From: a virus
Virus record (IMG/VR): IMGVR_UViG_3300020438_005037
Span: 6,010-70,009 of that record
Length of the DNA stretch: 64,000 bases
Direction: 5' to 3' (one strand)
The position numbers and the translations under genes are program-made. Below are positions 38,713 through 48,151 of this stretch, piece by piece (the first letter of the stretch is position 1; the number at the start of each line of letters is the position of its first letter). The notes under the pieces are model-generated. The model saw only the letters and a program-made list of their open reading frames with translations, did not search any database and had not been told where the DNA came from.

Positions 38713-39993
38713 ATGAAAAATATTTTCCAAGATACTACTACTGAAACTTTAACAGCAGCTACCTTAGACAAACTCGAGGAACACAGATCAATTGGTCAAT
38801 ATATAAGGAAAATCCAAGCTAGTGATAAAGCAGCAGATGATGGTTTTGGTTATTCAGTGGCTGTATCAAATTCAAGGATTATTATAGGTGCTCCTTATGA
38901 AGACACAGGAGCAAGCAATGCCGGTGCTGCCTATTTATTTGACATAGATGGAAATGAAATCAAAAAAATCACACCGTCTTATGCAGAATCAGATGCTAAT
39001 TTTGGTTATGCAGTTGCTATCTCTGACAGGTGGATAGCCATTGGTGAACCTGGTGCTAATGCTGGAGCTGATCGTACAGGTAATGTTAGTATTTACGATA
39101 TAGATGGTAATGTGAAGGGTTATGGTGCTTCTGAGGCTGAGGATGACAGTTATTTTGGTCAAGCAGTTTCAATAACTAATAACAGGCTGGCAGTGGGCGT
39201 ACCACTTCACTACGATAACGTTGCAAACGTAGGAGCGGTATTTGTATACAGAATACAAGAAAATGGTAACTGTACATATCTTTCAAAGTTGCAAGCTAGT
39301 GATAAAACAGGCGGAGATAAGTTTGGATACTCAGTCGCAATTTCTGATACCTGTATAGTGGCAGGTGCTCCTTATGCTACTGAGTCAGGCGGTTACTATT
39401 ATGGTGCAGCATATATTTTTGACATGAATTTTGCACAAACAGCTATTATTACAAATAGTGGGATACATCTTGGTGATCATTTTGGTTGGTCAGTGGCAGC
39501 ATCTAACTCAAAGATTGTTGTTGGTGCTATTGGGGCTAATGGACCTGCTGATTCAGGAAGGGCATATATCTTTGACACAAGTGGCACACAACTAGCTACT
39601 CTTGCAGCAAGTGACGCAAGCACTAGTGACGAATTTGGATACTCGGTAGCTATATCCAACAACAGGATTTTAGTAGGCGCACGATACGAAGATTTGGACG
39701 GTACTGCATCGCAACAGAAGGGTTCTGCGTATATATTTGATTTAAACGGAACACAAATAAAAAAGATATCCGCAAGAGATCCTGAAAATGCTGATGAATT
39801 TGGAAGACGTGTTGCAATATCCGATACTAAGATAGTAGTTGGTACGAATCTCGAAGACACTGGTGGAAGTAATGCAGGCGCTGCCTATATTTACGATGCT
39901 GGATTTTCACCGTTAGGAGATCTCTGTGCGTTTTATAATTTAGGAAATCCAACTAGTATAGATTCAAATTTCCTGTGGAGTAATTATACGTGA
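38713..39993 (+). CDS. FG-GAP 7-bladed beta-propeller, type B1
   Basis: Seven repeats; C-terminus GFSPLGDLCAFYNLGNPT. Confidence 0.88.
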   Translation: MKNIFQDTTTETLTAATLDKLEEHRSIGQYIRKIQASDKAADDGFGYSVAVSNSRIIIGAPYEDTGASNAGAAYLFDIDGNEIKKITPSYAESDANFGYAVAISDRWIAIGEPGANAGADRTGNVSIYDIDGNVKGYGASEAEDDSYFGQAVSITNNRLAVGVPLHYDNVANVGAVFVYRIQENGNCTYLSKLQASDKTGGDKFGYSVAISDTCIVAGAPYATESGGYYYGAAYIFDMNFAQTAIITNSGIHLGDHFGWSVAASNSKIVVGAIGANGPADSGRAYIFDTSGTQLATLAASDASTSDEFGYSVAISNNRILVGARYEDLDGTASQQKGSAYIFDLNGTQIKKISARDPENADEFGRRVAISDTKIVVGTNLEDTGGSNAGAAYIYDAGFSPLGDLCAFYNLGNPTSIDSNFLWSNYT

Positions 39994-41159
39994 GTATTAA
40001 AGCAAAAATAATAGAAAGATTTGTGTCTGTAAATAAAAAAAAATACCTAGGGTCTAATACTTTTACAGAAATAAAAAAAATGCAATCACATGATATAACT
40101 ACAGGTGATAAATTTGGCTGGTCAGTAGCAGCAAGTGACACAAGGATAGTAGTAGGTGCTCCTGAAGAAGACACTGGTGGGAGTAATGCTGGTAGTGCCT
40201 ATATATTTGATATGGATGGAACTCAGATTGCAAAAATACAAGCAGGCGATAAAGCAGCAGGAGATCAATTTGGTTTCTCAGTAGCAGTGTCAAGTAATAG
40301 GATAGTGATTGGTGCTCCTCTAGAAGGCACTGGTGGCAGTGCATATATATTTGATATTCATGGTAATCAACTAACAAAGATTACTGCTAATGACGCTGAA
40401 GCTAGTGATGCATTTGGAATATCAGTAGCAGCAAGTGATACAAAAATAGTAGTAGGTGCTTGGTCAGAAGATACTGGGGGTAGTTCAGCAGGTGCGGCAT
40501 ACATCTATAATATAGACGGTTCCCAAATTTCTAAAATACAAGCAAGCGATAAGGCTACATTAAATCAATTTGGTTGGTCAGTGGCTGCATCAAATAACAG
40601 GATAGTGGTTGGGGCTAGAAAAGCAGGTACTGGAGGTGCTGTATATATATTTGATGTAAGCGGTACCCAATTAACAAAGATCACTGCTAGTGACGCTGAA
40701 GCTGATGATCAGTTTGGATATGCAGTAGCAGCATCTGATACAAATATTATAGTAGGCGCTCCTTTGGAAGATACCGGCGGCAGTTATGCAGGAGCAGCAT
40801 ATATATACGACCTAGATGGCAATCAAATTTCAAAAATTACTGCCAGTGATGCTGCGGGTAATGATAATTTTGGTTGGTCAGTTGGTGTTACAAACACACA
40901 TGTTATTGTCGGCGCATATGTAGGATCTGCTGCATATGTGTTTGATTTAAAAGGCAATCAACTGTCTATAATAACTGCCAGTGACGGTGCTGGTGGTTGG
41001 TATGGTTATTCGGTTGATATAAGCAGTAGTAGGATGGTTATAGGAGCTCCGACAGTGGCTAGTAGTGCAGGAGCAGCATATGTTAATAGGAGATATGTTA
41101 ACAGCTACAATGAAATACCTTGGGATAAAATTAGATTGCAATTTACAGGAAAAGTATAA
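39990..41159 (+). CDS. FG-GAP 7-bladed beta-propeller, type A2
   Basis: Seven repeats; C-terminus DKIRLQFTGKV. Confidence 0.88.
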   Translation: MSIKAKIIERFVSVNKKKYLGSNTFTEIKKMQSHDITTGDKFGWSVAASDTRIVVGAPEEDTGGSNAGSAYIFDMDGTQIAKIQAGDKAAGDQFGFSVAVSSNRIVIGAPLEGTGGSAYIFDIHGNQLTKITANDAEASDAFGISVAASDTKIVVGAWSEDTGGSSAGAAYIYNIDGSQISKIQASDKATLNQFGWSVAASNNRIVVGARKAGTGGAVYIFDVSGTQLTKITASDAEADDQFGYAVAASDTNIIVGAPLEDTGGSYAGAAYIYDLDGNQISKITASDAAGNDNFGWSVGVTNTHVIVGAYVGSAAYVFDLKGNQLSIITASDGAGGWYGYSVDISSSRMVIGAPTVASSAGAAYVNRRYVNSYNEIPWDKIRLQFTGKV

Positions 41160-42353
41160 ATGACAGCTGATGATTTGAAAAAAAAATATGGATATGAGCC
41201 TGTTGGGCAACAAATTAAAAAAATACAAGCTAGTGCACAAGCCGATGATAATTTTGGTCTTTCAGTAGCAGCGTCAAGTAGTAGGATAGTAGTTGGTGCT
41301 CCTTTTGAAGATACTACTGCTAGCAATGCTGGTAGTGCATACATATTTGATATAAATGGTAAACAGTTTAGAAAAATACAAGCCAATGATGCTGCAGCAA
41401 ATGACTATTTTGGTTCTGCCGTTGCAGTGTCAGATACTAGAATTGTAGTTGGTGCTTATGGAGAAGATACTACTGCTAGTGATGCTGGTAGTGCTTATAT
41501 ATTTGACATATATGGGAACCAGTTAGCCAAGATACAAGCCAATGATGCTGAAGCTAGTGATAATTTTGGTACTGCTGTTGCAGTGTCAGATTCACGTATT
41601 GTGGTAGGAGCTCGGTATGAAGATGCTGGTGCCAGCCAGGCTGGCGCAGCATATATTTTCGATATACACGGCAATCAGTTAGCCAAGATTACTGCGAGTG
41701 ATGCTGAAGCTAGTGATAATTTTGGTTATGCTGTTGCATGTTCAGATTCACGTATTGTGGTAGGTGCAGATGGGGAAGATACTGGTGGCATTCTTGCTGG
41801 TGCTGCTTACATATTTGACATAAATGGTACCGAACTAGCAAAAATACAAGCCAATGATGCAGCAGCTAATGATAGTTTTGGTTTTTCAGTAGCTGCATCA
41901 AATTCAATGATTGTGGCCGGAGCACATAGGAATAGCAGTAATGCTGGTGCTGCTTACATATTTGACATAAATGGTACTCAACTAGCAAAAATACAAGCCG
42001 GTGATGTAGGCAATAGTAACTTTGGTTTTTCAGTAGCAGTGTCAAATAAATGGATTGTGATAGGTGCTCCTTATACAAATGCTGGTAGTGTTTACATATT
42101 TGACATAAACCGCAATCAAATAACTAAGCTACAAGCTAGTGATGCACAAACTGATGACCATTTTGGTAGATTCGTTGCGGTTTCCGATAACCGGATTGTG
42201 GTAGGTGCTCCGACTTCGGACGATGCAGGCACTATTGGTAGTGCTTACATATTTTCTTCTGGTTTTTCGCCCTTTGGTGACCTGTGTGCATATTATGATT
42301 TAGGAGATCCTACAACGTTAGATACAACTTTCTCATGGAGTGATTACAAATAG
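41160..42353 (+). CDS. FG-GAP 7-bladed beta-propeller, type B2
   Basis: Seven repeats; C-terminus GFSPFGDLCAYYDLGDPT. Confidence 0.88.
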   Translation: MTADDLKKKYGYEPVGQQIKKIQASAQADDNFGLSVAASSSRIVVGAPFEDTTASNAGSAYIFDINGKQFRKIQANDAAANDYFGSAVAVSDTRIVVGAYGEDTTASDAGSAYIFDIYGNQLAKIQANDAEASDNFGTAVAVSDSRIVVGARYEDAGASQAGAAYIFDIHGNQLAKITASDAEASDNFGYAVACSDSRIVVGADGEDTGGILAGAAYIFDINGTELAKIQANDAAANDSFGFSVAASNSMIVAGAHRNSSNAGAAYIFDINGTQLAKIQAGDVGNSNFGFSVAVSNKWIVIGAPYTNAGSVYIFDINRNQITKLQASDAQTDDHFGRFVAVSDNRIVVGAPTSDDAGTIGSAYIFSSGFSPFGDLCAYYDLGDPTTLDTTFSWSDYK

Positions 42354-42410
42354 ATTATTTTTTTAAATAATTACTTTTAAAATATTAATCCAGTTTATAG
42401 GAACAATAAA

Positions 42411-42572
42411 ATGAAATACATACGAAAAGAAATTATCAAGGGCATAGAACCAATTGCAGATCAAGACTTCAAAATCACAGGTGATATTGATATTACTGGT
42501 AGTTACTTACAAACCGAACCTGGAGGTGGTATTAAATGGATACATAACAGCACAGATGCTGCGCATAAATAA
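42411..42572 (+). CDS. 53-aa ORF consisting mostly of the MKYIRKEI N-module (mini-gene or remnant)
   Basis: MKYIRKEIIKGIEPIADQDFKITGDIDITGSYLQTEPGGGIKWIHNSTDAAHK; SD AGGA; absent from the ORF track. Confidence 0.7.
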   Translation: MKYIRKEIIKGIEPIADQDFKITGDIDITGSYLQTEPGGGIKWIHNSTDAAHK

Positions 42573-42589
42573 TGTAACAAGGAAATATT

Positions 42590-43288
42590 ATGAGTATAGA
42601 AACTATTAACATAGGGAATATTGCTAATGATGGTACTGGTGACGATCTTAGACAAGCATTTATAAAAGTTAATAACAATTTCACTGATTTGAACAGTATG
42701 ATTAATTCAACTGCGATAACTGGTGAAAATTTAGGATCAGAAACAGGTGTGTTTGCACAAAAATCAGACACAACTCTACAATTTAAGAGTCTAAGAGCAG
42801 GTACTGGAGTAACATTAAGTAATAATGGTACCAGTATTACTATAACTGGCAATCCCGGATTAGAACAACTTATCACAGTAAGTGATAACGGAAGCATTAT
42901 TTCTCCCGGAGGCAATCAAACTATAGCAATCCAAGGTGGGACAAATATTTCTACTCGTGTAGCTGGCACTGTTTTAAATATTGATGTGACTGGTTCAAAT
43001 TTAGTTGCCTTGGATACTTCGCCAAAATTAACTGGTGCACTTAATGCTAATAATCAAAGTATAAATTCAGTTGATAAAATTACAGCAGTTGATTTCATAG
43101 GAAATGTCACAGGTCTTGTGCATGGAATAGATGTAAGGAATATAAGTGACAAACTAGTTGATGTAGATTTAGGCTCCTTCGAAACTGTAACAAACATATT
43201 AGATTTAATTTTAATAAATTATGATTTTGATCTTGGTTCATTTGCTAGTCCTTCCAGTGTGGTGATAGATGGCGGCTTCCTAGTTTAA
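42590..43288 (+). CDS. Baseplate/fibre protein with gp9/gp10-like N-terminus
   Basis: INIGNIANDGTGDDLRQAFIKVNNNF; ATAAATA at 42565-42571. Confidence 0.75.
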   Translation: MSIETINIGNIANDGTGDDLRQAFIKVNNNFTDLNSMINSTAITGENLGSETGVFAQKSDTTLQFKSLRAGTGVTLSNNGTSITITGNPGLEQLITVSDNGSIISPGGNQTIAIQGGTNISTRVAGTVLNIDVTGSNLVALDTSPKLTGALNANNQSINSVDKITAVDFIGNVTGLVHGIDVRNISDKLVDVDLGSFETVTNILDLILINYDFDLGSFASPSSVVIDGGFLV

Positions 43289-43315
43289 ACTAAATACTAG
43301 TGAAGGAAAATATGC

Positions 43316-45853
43316 ATGGCTGATTATTGGAATAAAACATCAAATACCACTCTTACCATACTTGAGGAAAGGAAAGTAGCAAGCCACACCTTACCTTTAA
43401 AATCTGAATACGTATCAGACGTAGGCATCGATATGACTGTCAGCGTTATCAGCGGATCAATTCCAGCTGGCTTAACACTAAATGGCATCACACTGACTGG
43501 ATCACCTTTTGAAGTACCAATTGATACTGTGTATAATTTTGTTGTAAGAGCAACACTGAATGGCATATCTGACGATAGAACTTTTAAAATAATTGTTGTA
43601 GGACCTGATAGTCCTGAATGGATAACACCTGCTAACAGCCTGCCTGTAGGAGCAAATGCCACATACTTTATCTTAGATAGTGCAATTATAGACTTCCAAC
43701 TGCAAGCCACAGATACTGACACTTTATCCGGACAAAATCTAGAATACTTTATGAACGAGGGAGATGGCATATTACCTCCAGGAATCACTCTGACAAAGGA
43801 CGGAAGATTAGCTGGCACCGTTGATCCAATCTTAGCGTTAGAGAAAATTGCAGGATCAGGACAATATGATAGCAACAAATACGGAGAATTTCCTTTTGAT
43901 TTTAGCGTAAGACCTGATAATGGTTACAGCAGTTTCTTTTATGATGTTGCTAATTATGATATTTCAATTCCTTCTAAAAGTCCAAAGAAATTAAATAGAT
44001 ATTATCAATTTTACGTAAATGTTACAGATTACACCACAGTAGTAAGGAGAAAATTTGAAATTTATGTTGTCGGAGACGATTTTTTAAGGGCAGACAATAC
44101 TGTTATGCAGGTGTCAAATGGCATTTTCACAGCAGATAATACCTTTGTCAGGGTACCAATCTGGTTAACTCCTGGCAATTTAGGTGTACGCAGAGCAAAT
44201 AACTATGTAACAATATTCCTTGATGTGATAGATCCTGCATCACTTACAGGTATTATCAACTACAGCCTTCAAACAACAAATCCAGACGGTACGACTAGTG
44301 CCTTACCGGACGGCATGACATTGGATCAAAGTAATGGTGAGATTGCAGGTAGAGTACCGTATCAAGCTCTTGTTACTCGTGATTATCAATTCACTATAAG
44401 AGCAAAAAGATTAGTACCTAACATAACAGAAGAAGCATATAAAGATAAAACTTTTACATTAAAGCTTTTAGGAGAAGTAAACAGCACAATCACATGGACC
44501 ACACCAAGTGATCTTGGAACAGTAGCCAGTAATTACAGTAGTGTGCTGAAAGTTGAAGCTTCAAGCAATGTGCCTCTTGCAACATTATTGTACACCCTCA
44601 AATCGGGTAAATTACCACAAGGTTTATCTTTAAGCTTAACTGGTGAAATACTAGGTACTATTAGGAGCTATGGTACAACATCAAATCCTGGAGTGACAAT
44701 ATTTGACAACAGGACCTTTACTTTAGATAATAATGCCACGACAATCGATCGAAATTTTACATTTACAGTATCAGCTAGAGATCATTTTGGTTATAGTGTA
44801 GTTGATAGACAATTTACTTTAAAAATTAAAGATCCTGATGGAAAACTTTACAGCAATGTTTACTTCCAACCAATGTTAAAAAATACGGAAAGAAGTGCTT
44901 TTGAGAGTATCATAACAAATAACACGCTTTTTCAAACAGATTTTATATACCGCCCAAATGATCCAAAATTTGGAGTGCAAAGAACCATGCGCATGCTGGT
45001 TTATGCTGGAATAGAATCAAAATCAGTAGCTGAATTTGTAGCAGCAAGTGCTAAAAATCATAGGAAAAAACGCTATAGATTAGGAGCTATAAGATCTGCT
45101 GTGGCTAAAACCCCAGGTACTCAATCTATTGTATACGAAGTAGTGTATGTTGAGGTGATTGATCCTGCGGAAAAATCTACGAAAACAAGGACCAACTTTA
45201 GGATAAAAAATAAGAAAAAAATCACAGTTGACCAATCTTTTTACGATTACGGCAATACTAGTAGCAAGTCTAGTGTAGAAAATTTAGACCCTAATGGAAT
45301 TGAGATAGAAACACAGAGTGGCAATGTAAAATACAAATTTTACCCTAACTTTTTAGTAGGCACTCGCACAGGAGATAAAATTTTAACCACAAGACCTATA
45401 ACAATAGGAGTAAGAAGTGGCACTGATGTAATAGTTGCAGAATCAATAGGATCTACAGATCCTATGCGTTTCCGTGCAATTCCTATTAATACTTTGAAGA
45501 CAGATTTCAGTGGAATAACTATAGATGGAGATACACTTGGTATAAAATATATATCTAATGTATCTAACATGAGAGATAATATAAAAAAAATCGGTACTAC
45601 CGACATAAGTTATCTTCCACTATGGATGCAAACTTCTCAAATTGGTAATGTAAACATCCTTGGATATACAAAAGCTATTCCTTTGTGCTACTGTAAGCCA
45701 GGAAAGAGTGTTGAAGTACTACAGGCTTTGGCTAAAGCAAACATTACATTCAATCAATTTAATTTTGATATAGACAGATATGTTGTTGATCAAACATTAG
45801 GCAACTCTGCTGAACAATATATCTTATTTCACAACTATGCAGTAAATGTTTGA
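43316..45853 (+). CDS. Baseplate-associated protein with putative Ig (He_PIG-like) repeats
   Basis: Repeated G.LP.G.TL...G.I.G...F.V.A...R.F motifs. Confidence 0.75.
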   Translation: MADYWNKTSNTTLTILEERKVASHTLPLKSEYVSDVGIDMTVSVISGSIPAGLTLNGITLTGSPFEVPIDTVYNFVVRATLNGISDDRTFKIIVVGPDSPEWITPANSLPVGANATYFILDSAIIDFQLQATDTDTLSGQNLEYFMNEGDGILPPGITLTKDGRLAGTVDPILALEKIAGSGQYDSNKYGEFPFDFSVRPDNGYSSFFYDVANYDISIPSKSPKKLNRYYQFYVNVTDYTTVVRRKFEIYVVGDDFLRADNTVMQVSNGIFTADNTFVRVPIWLTPGNLGVRRANNYVTIFLDVIDPASLTGIINYSLQTTNPDGTTSALPDGMTLDQSNGEIAGRVPYQALVTRDYQFTIRAKRLVPNITEEAYKDKTFTLKLLGEVNSTITWTTPSDLGTVASNYSSVLKVEASSNVPLATLLYTLKSGKLPQGLSLSLTGEILGTIRSYGTTSNPGVTIFDNRTFTLDNNATTIDRNFTFTVSARDHFGYSVVDRQFTLKIKDPDGKLYSNVYFQPMLKNTERSAFESIITNNTLFQTDFIYRPNDPKFGVQRTMRMLVYAGIESKSVAEFVAASAKNHRKKRYRLGAIRSAVAKTPGTQSIVYEVVYVEVIDPAEKSTKTRTNFRIKNKKKITVDQSFYDYGNTSSKSSVENLDPNGIEIETQSGNVKYKFYPNFLVGTRTGDKILTTRPITIGVRSGTDVIVAESIGSTDPMRFRAIPINTLKTDFSGITIDGDTLGIKYISNVSNMRDNIKKIGTTDISYLPLWMQTSQIGNVNILGYTKAIPLCYCKPGKSVEVLQALAKANITFNQFNFDIDRYVVDQTLGNSAEQYILFHNYAVNV

Positions 45854-45890
45854 AAAAAATAAATATTTAGAAATATAATGGAGATAATAG

Positions 45891-46463
45891 ATGGCTAGTA
45901 ACATAGTTTCAACAACAATTAATGAAAATTACCCTATTGCTGGTCAAGACAACGATAGTCAAGGTTTTAGAGATAATTTTTCTGTCATAAAAACAAGTTT
46001 AGCAACTGCTAACACTGAAATAACCGCAATACAAGCTAATGCAAGTTATTTAAACGCCACAAATGATTTCAACGGAAATGTAATTAGAGAGGCTGATTTT
46101 GTAGCTACAACTAGTACTGTGTACAATATAGGAAATGCTGTAGCAAACATAAACGTCAATTGGAGCAATGGACATTATCAAACAATACAAGTTGGTGCAG
46201 ATATTACAATAACCTTAACTGCATGGCCAGCAACAGGAAAATATGGAATCCTGCGTTTAGTAGTCACTGGAGATGGCACTGCATCTACAGATACAATCCG
46301 TAACATCACTTGGGCAGCCACCGGAGGCAATAATATACGTAAAGATAATAACTTTCCCACAGCTACACAAGTCCAACTTACAACTAAAGCAAAAATTTTC
46401 GATTTTTGGACAAGTGATGCCGGTACCACTGTGTATGCTAGATATATTGGTGAATATAGTTAA
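45891..46463 (+). CDS. Virion structural protein
   Basis: YPIAGQDNDSQGFRDNF N-terminus; SD GGAG; ATAAATA at 45859-45865. Confidence 0.65.
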   Translation: MASNIVSTTINENYPIAGQDNDSQGFRDNFSVIKTSLATANTEITAIQANASYLNATNDFNGNVIREADFVATTSTVYNIGNAVANINVNWSNGHYQTIQVGADITITLTAWPATGKYGILRLVVTGDGTASTDTIRNITWAATGGNNIRKDNNFPTATQVQLTTKAKIFDFWTSDAGTTVYARYIGEYS

Positions 46464-46681
46464 TGCATCCATTAATAAATAATCTATCTCAATACACAGA
46501 TGAAGAATTATTGAAAAAGATTGATACATTAACAAATAATTATTGGCGTATTTCAAATAATGATTTGCGTGACCAAATTGTATTGACATTAGATACGTTT
46601 AACATAGAGCTCCAATCAAGACAGCAAAAAAACAAATTAGAAGATAACAAAGAACTTGACAATCTAATCAATATCAGTTAA
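46463..46681 (+). CDS. Hypothetical protein
   Basis: Coupled ORF, helical. Confidence 0.65.
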   Translation: MHPLINNLSQYTDEELLKKIDTLTNNYWRISNNDLRDQIVLTLDTFNIELQSRQQKNKLEDNKELDNLINIS

Positions 46682-46684
46682 TAT
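46656..46684 (+). promoter_or_regulatory. Sigma70-type promoter, likely giving a leaderless mRNA
   Basis: TTGACA-17 nt-TAATAT ending 6 nt before ATG 46691. Confidence 0.5.
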
Positions 46685-46690
46685 AATAGG

Positions 46691-47206
46691 ATGTATTATG
46701 ACTCACTTTCTATTCCTATCTATGAAGATGAAGATATTATTGATTTGTTATACAAGCATCCTGATTTTAATTTAGAAAACATTATTGCATGTAATAGCAC
46801 AGATATAAAACATTACAATCAATATGCTACTGAGTTTTACTTAGATAAACTTGTTATATATCAACAACTAGATTTAGACATTCCTGAATTTGATAACTTG
46901 TGTCAACAAAACTGGTTGATGCCAACTGAATATAAAAAAATTGATATTAAAACATATTTGCTAAGTAAATGCACTACACAAATAGAAAAAAACAGAGTAG
47001 TTGAAGAATTATCTGCTTTTGCAGAAAAAAACCTATTTAATTTGTTACGCTATCTTATATTCCTTGTGGATCATTTGAGACAAAAGCAATATCTATGGGG
47101 TGTAGGTAGAGGTAGCAGTGTTGCCAGTTATGTTTTATACTTGATAGGCGTACATAGGATAAATTCTTTAAAATTTAATTTAGACTGGCAGGAATTTTTA
47201 CGTTAA
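46691..47206 (+). CDS. dnaE: Stand-alone fragment of DNA polymerase III alpha
   Basis: RVVEEL...YLIFLVD...WGVGRGSSVASYVLYLIGVHRINSLKFNL..EFL matches the DnaE GRGS region. Confidence 0.85.
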   Translation: MYYDSLSIPIYEDEDIIDLLYKHPDFNLENIIACNSTDIKHYNQYATEFYLDKLVIYQQLDLDIPEFDNLCQQNWLMPTEYKKIDIKTYLLSKCTTQIEKNRVVEELSAFAEKNLFNLLRYLIFLVDHLRQKQYLWGVGRGSSVASYVLYLIGVHRINSLKFNLDWQEFLR

Positions 47207-47217
47207 AGGAGAACAAC

Positions 47218-47583
47218 ATGCCAATGAAACAACAGGGAAGAAAAATTTATAAAACAGCTCAAGGAAAAATGATCGATATGGACTTGCTAAGACAAAGAAA
47301 CGAACTTGTTCCTGCAGTTGGAAATGCTAAAGTAAATGCTCGTGGTGATGAATTAGGTCCTGGCGGTATCATTATTAGGAAACGCGAAGATGTTTTGAAA
47401 GAATACTACGAATCTAGTGAGGGCATGCCAATTGAAGAAGCTGTTATCGCCACCGATGAACCAATTGTAGCTGCAAAAAAACCCACAGTGAAGAAAAAGC
47501 CACAAAAACTTGAAGAAGAAGTTATTGTGCCACAGGAGAAATGGGTAGAAGATGAAGAAGGTAATTTCTACAAAAAGGAATAA
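47218..47583 (+). CDS. Conserved phage hypothetical protein
   Basis: SD AAGGAG; AVGNAKVNARGDELGPGG. Confidence 0.7.
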   Translation: MPMKQQGRKIYKTAQGKMIDMDLLRQRNELVPAVGNAKVNARGDELGPGGIIIRKREDVLKEYYESSEGMPIEEAVIATDEPIVAAKKPTVKKKPQKLEEEVIVPQEKWVEDEEGNFYKKE

Positions 47584-47589
47584 AATTAA

Positions 47590-47799
47590 ATGAAAAGATT
47601 TTTTGTGTATAAAATTACAAAAAAAATTACGTTAGAAATAGAATTTTTGCAGAAAAATACATCCATAGGATGGTTTCCTATATTTAATCATTCTTTAGAT
47701 GTTAAATTTAAGGGTTCACAACAAGGATTTTATTGGAGTATTTTAATACTAGGAATAAAATTATTTGAGATAGATATTTACAAAAACACACAACAATAA
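47590..47799 (+). CDS. Hypothetical protein
   Basis: Co-oriented ORF with AAGGA upstream. Confidence 0.5.
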   Translation: MKRFFVYKITKKITLEIEFLQKNTSIGWFPIFNHSLDVKFKGSQQGFYWSILILGIKLFEIDIYKNTQQ

Positions 47800-47806
47800 A
47801 GGATAC

Positions 47807-48151
47807 ATGTACAACATTGTAAAAGGCAACTTGCGACCGATTAAAGATAAAGTAATTGTCACTGACATGCACTTTGGTGAACAGACAACCCAAGCTGGTA
47901 TCATTATCAAAGATGACGATGGAACAAATCAAGGCATACACCCTCGTTGGGCGAAAGTTTGGGCCAAGGGACCTAAAAATGAAGATGATTTCCAAGTAGG
48001 TGACTGGGTTTTGATAGCTCATGGACGTTGGACCAGAGGAATAAAACTAGAAACTGCAGACGGTGAAATTATTGTACGCATGATAGATAACAATGATATT
48101 TTAATGGCTAATCACGAAAAACCTAATGATGCATGGGTCGGCACGGAATGA
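47807..48151 (+). CDS. groES: Co-chaperonin GroES-like
   Basis: LRPIKDKVIV, TTQAGIII, V.A.GP, VGDWVL. Confidence 0.85.
   Translation: MYNIVKGNLRPIKDKVIVTDMHFGEQTTQAGIIIKDDDGTNQGIHPRWAKVWAKGPKNEDDFQVGDWVLIAHGRWTRGIKLETADGEIIVRMIDNNDILMANHEKPNDAWVGTE

Noticed and set aside
37483-42353. Periodic DNA repeats as a CRISPR array
   Set aside because: The period is about 150-156 nt, the repeats are degenerate and in frame, and FG-GAP blades explain them; no cas genes
16564-46429. Many minus-strand ORFs opposite the tail genes
   Set aside because: Antisense shadows of Thr/Gly/Ala-rich codons, with no start signals or recognisable domains
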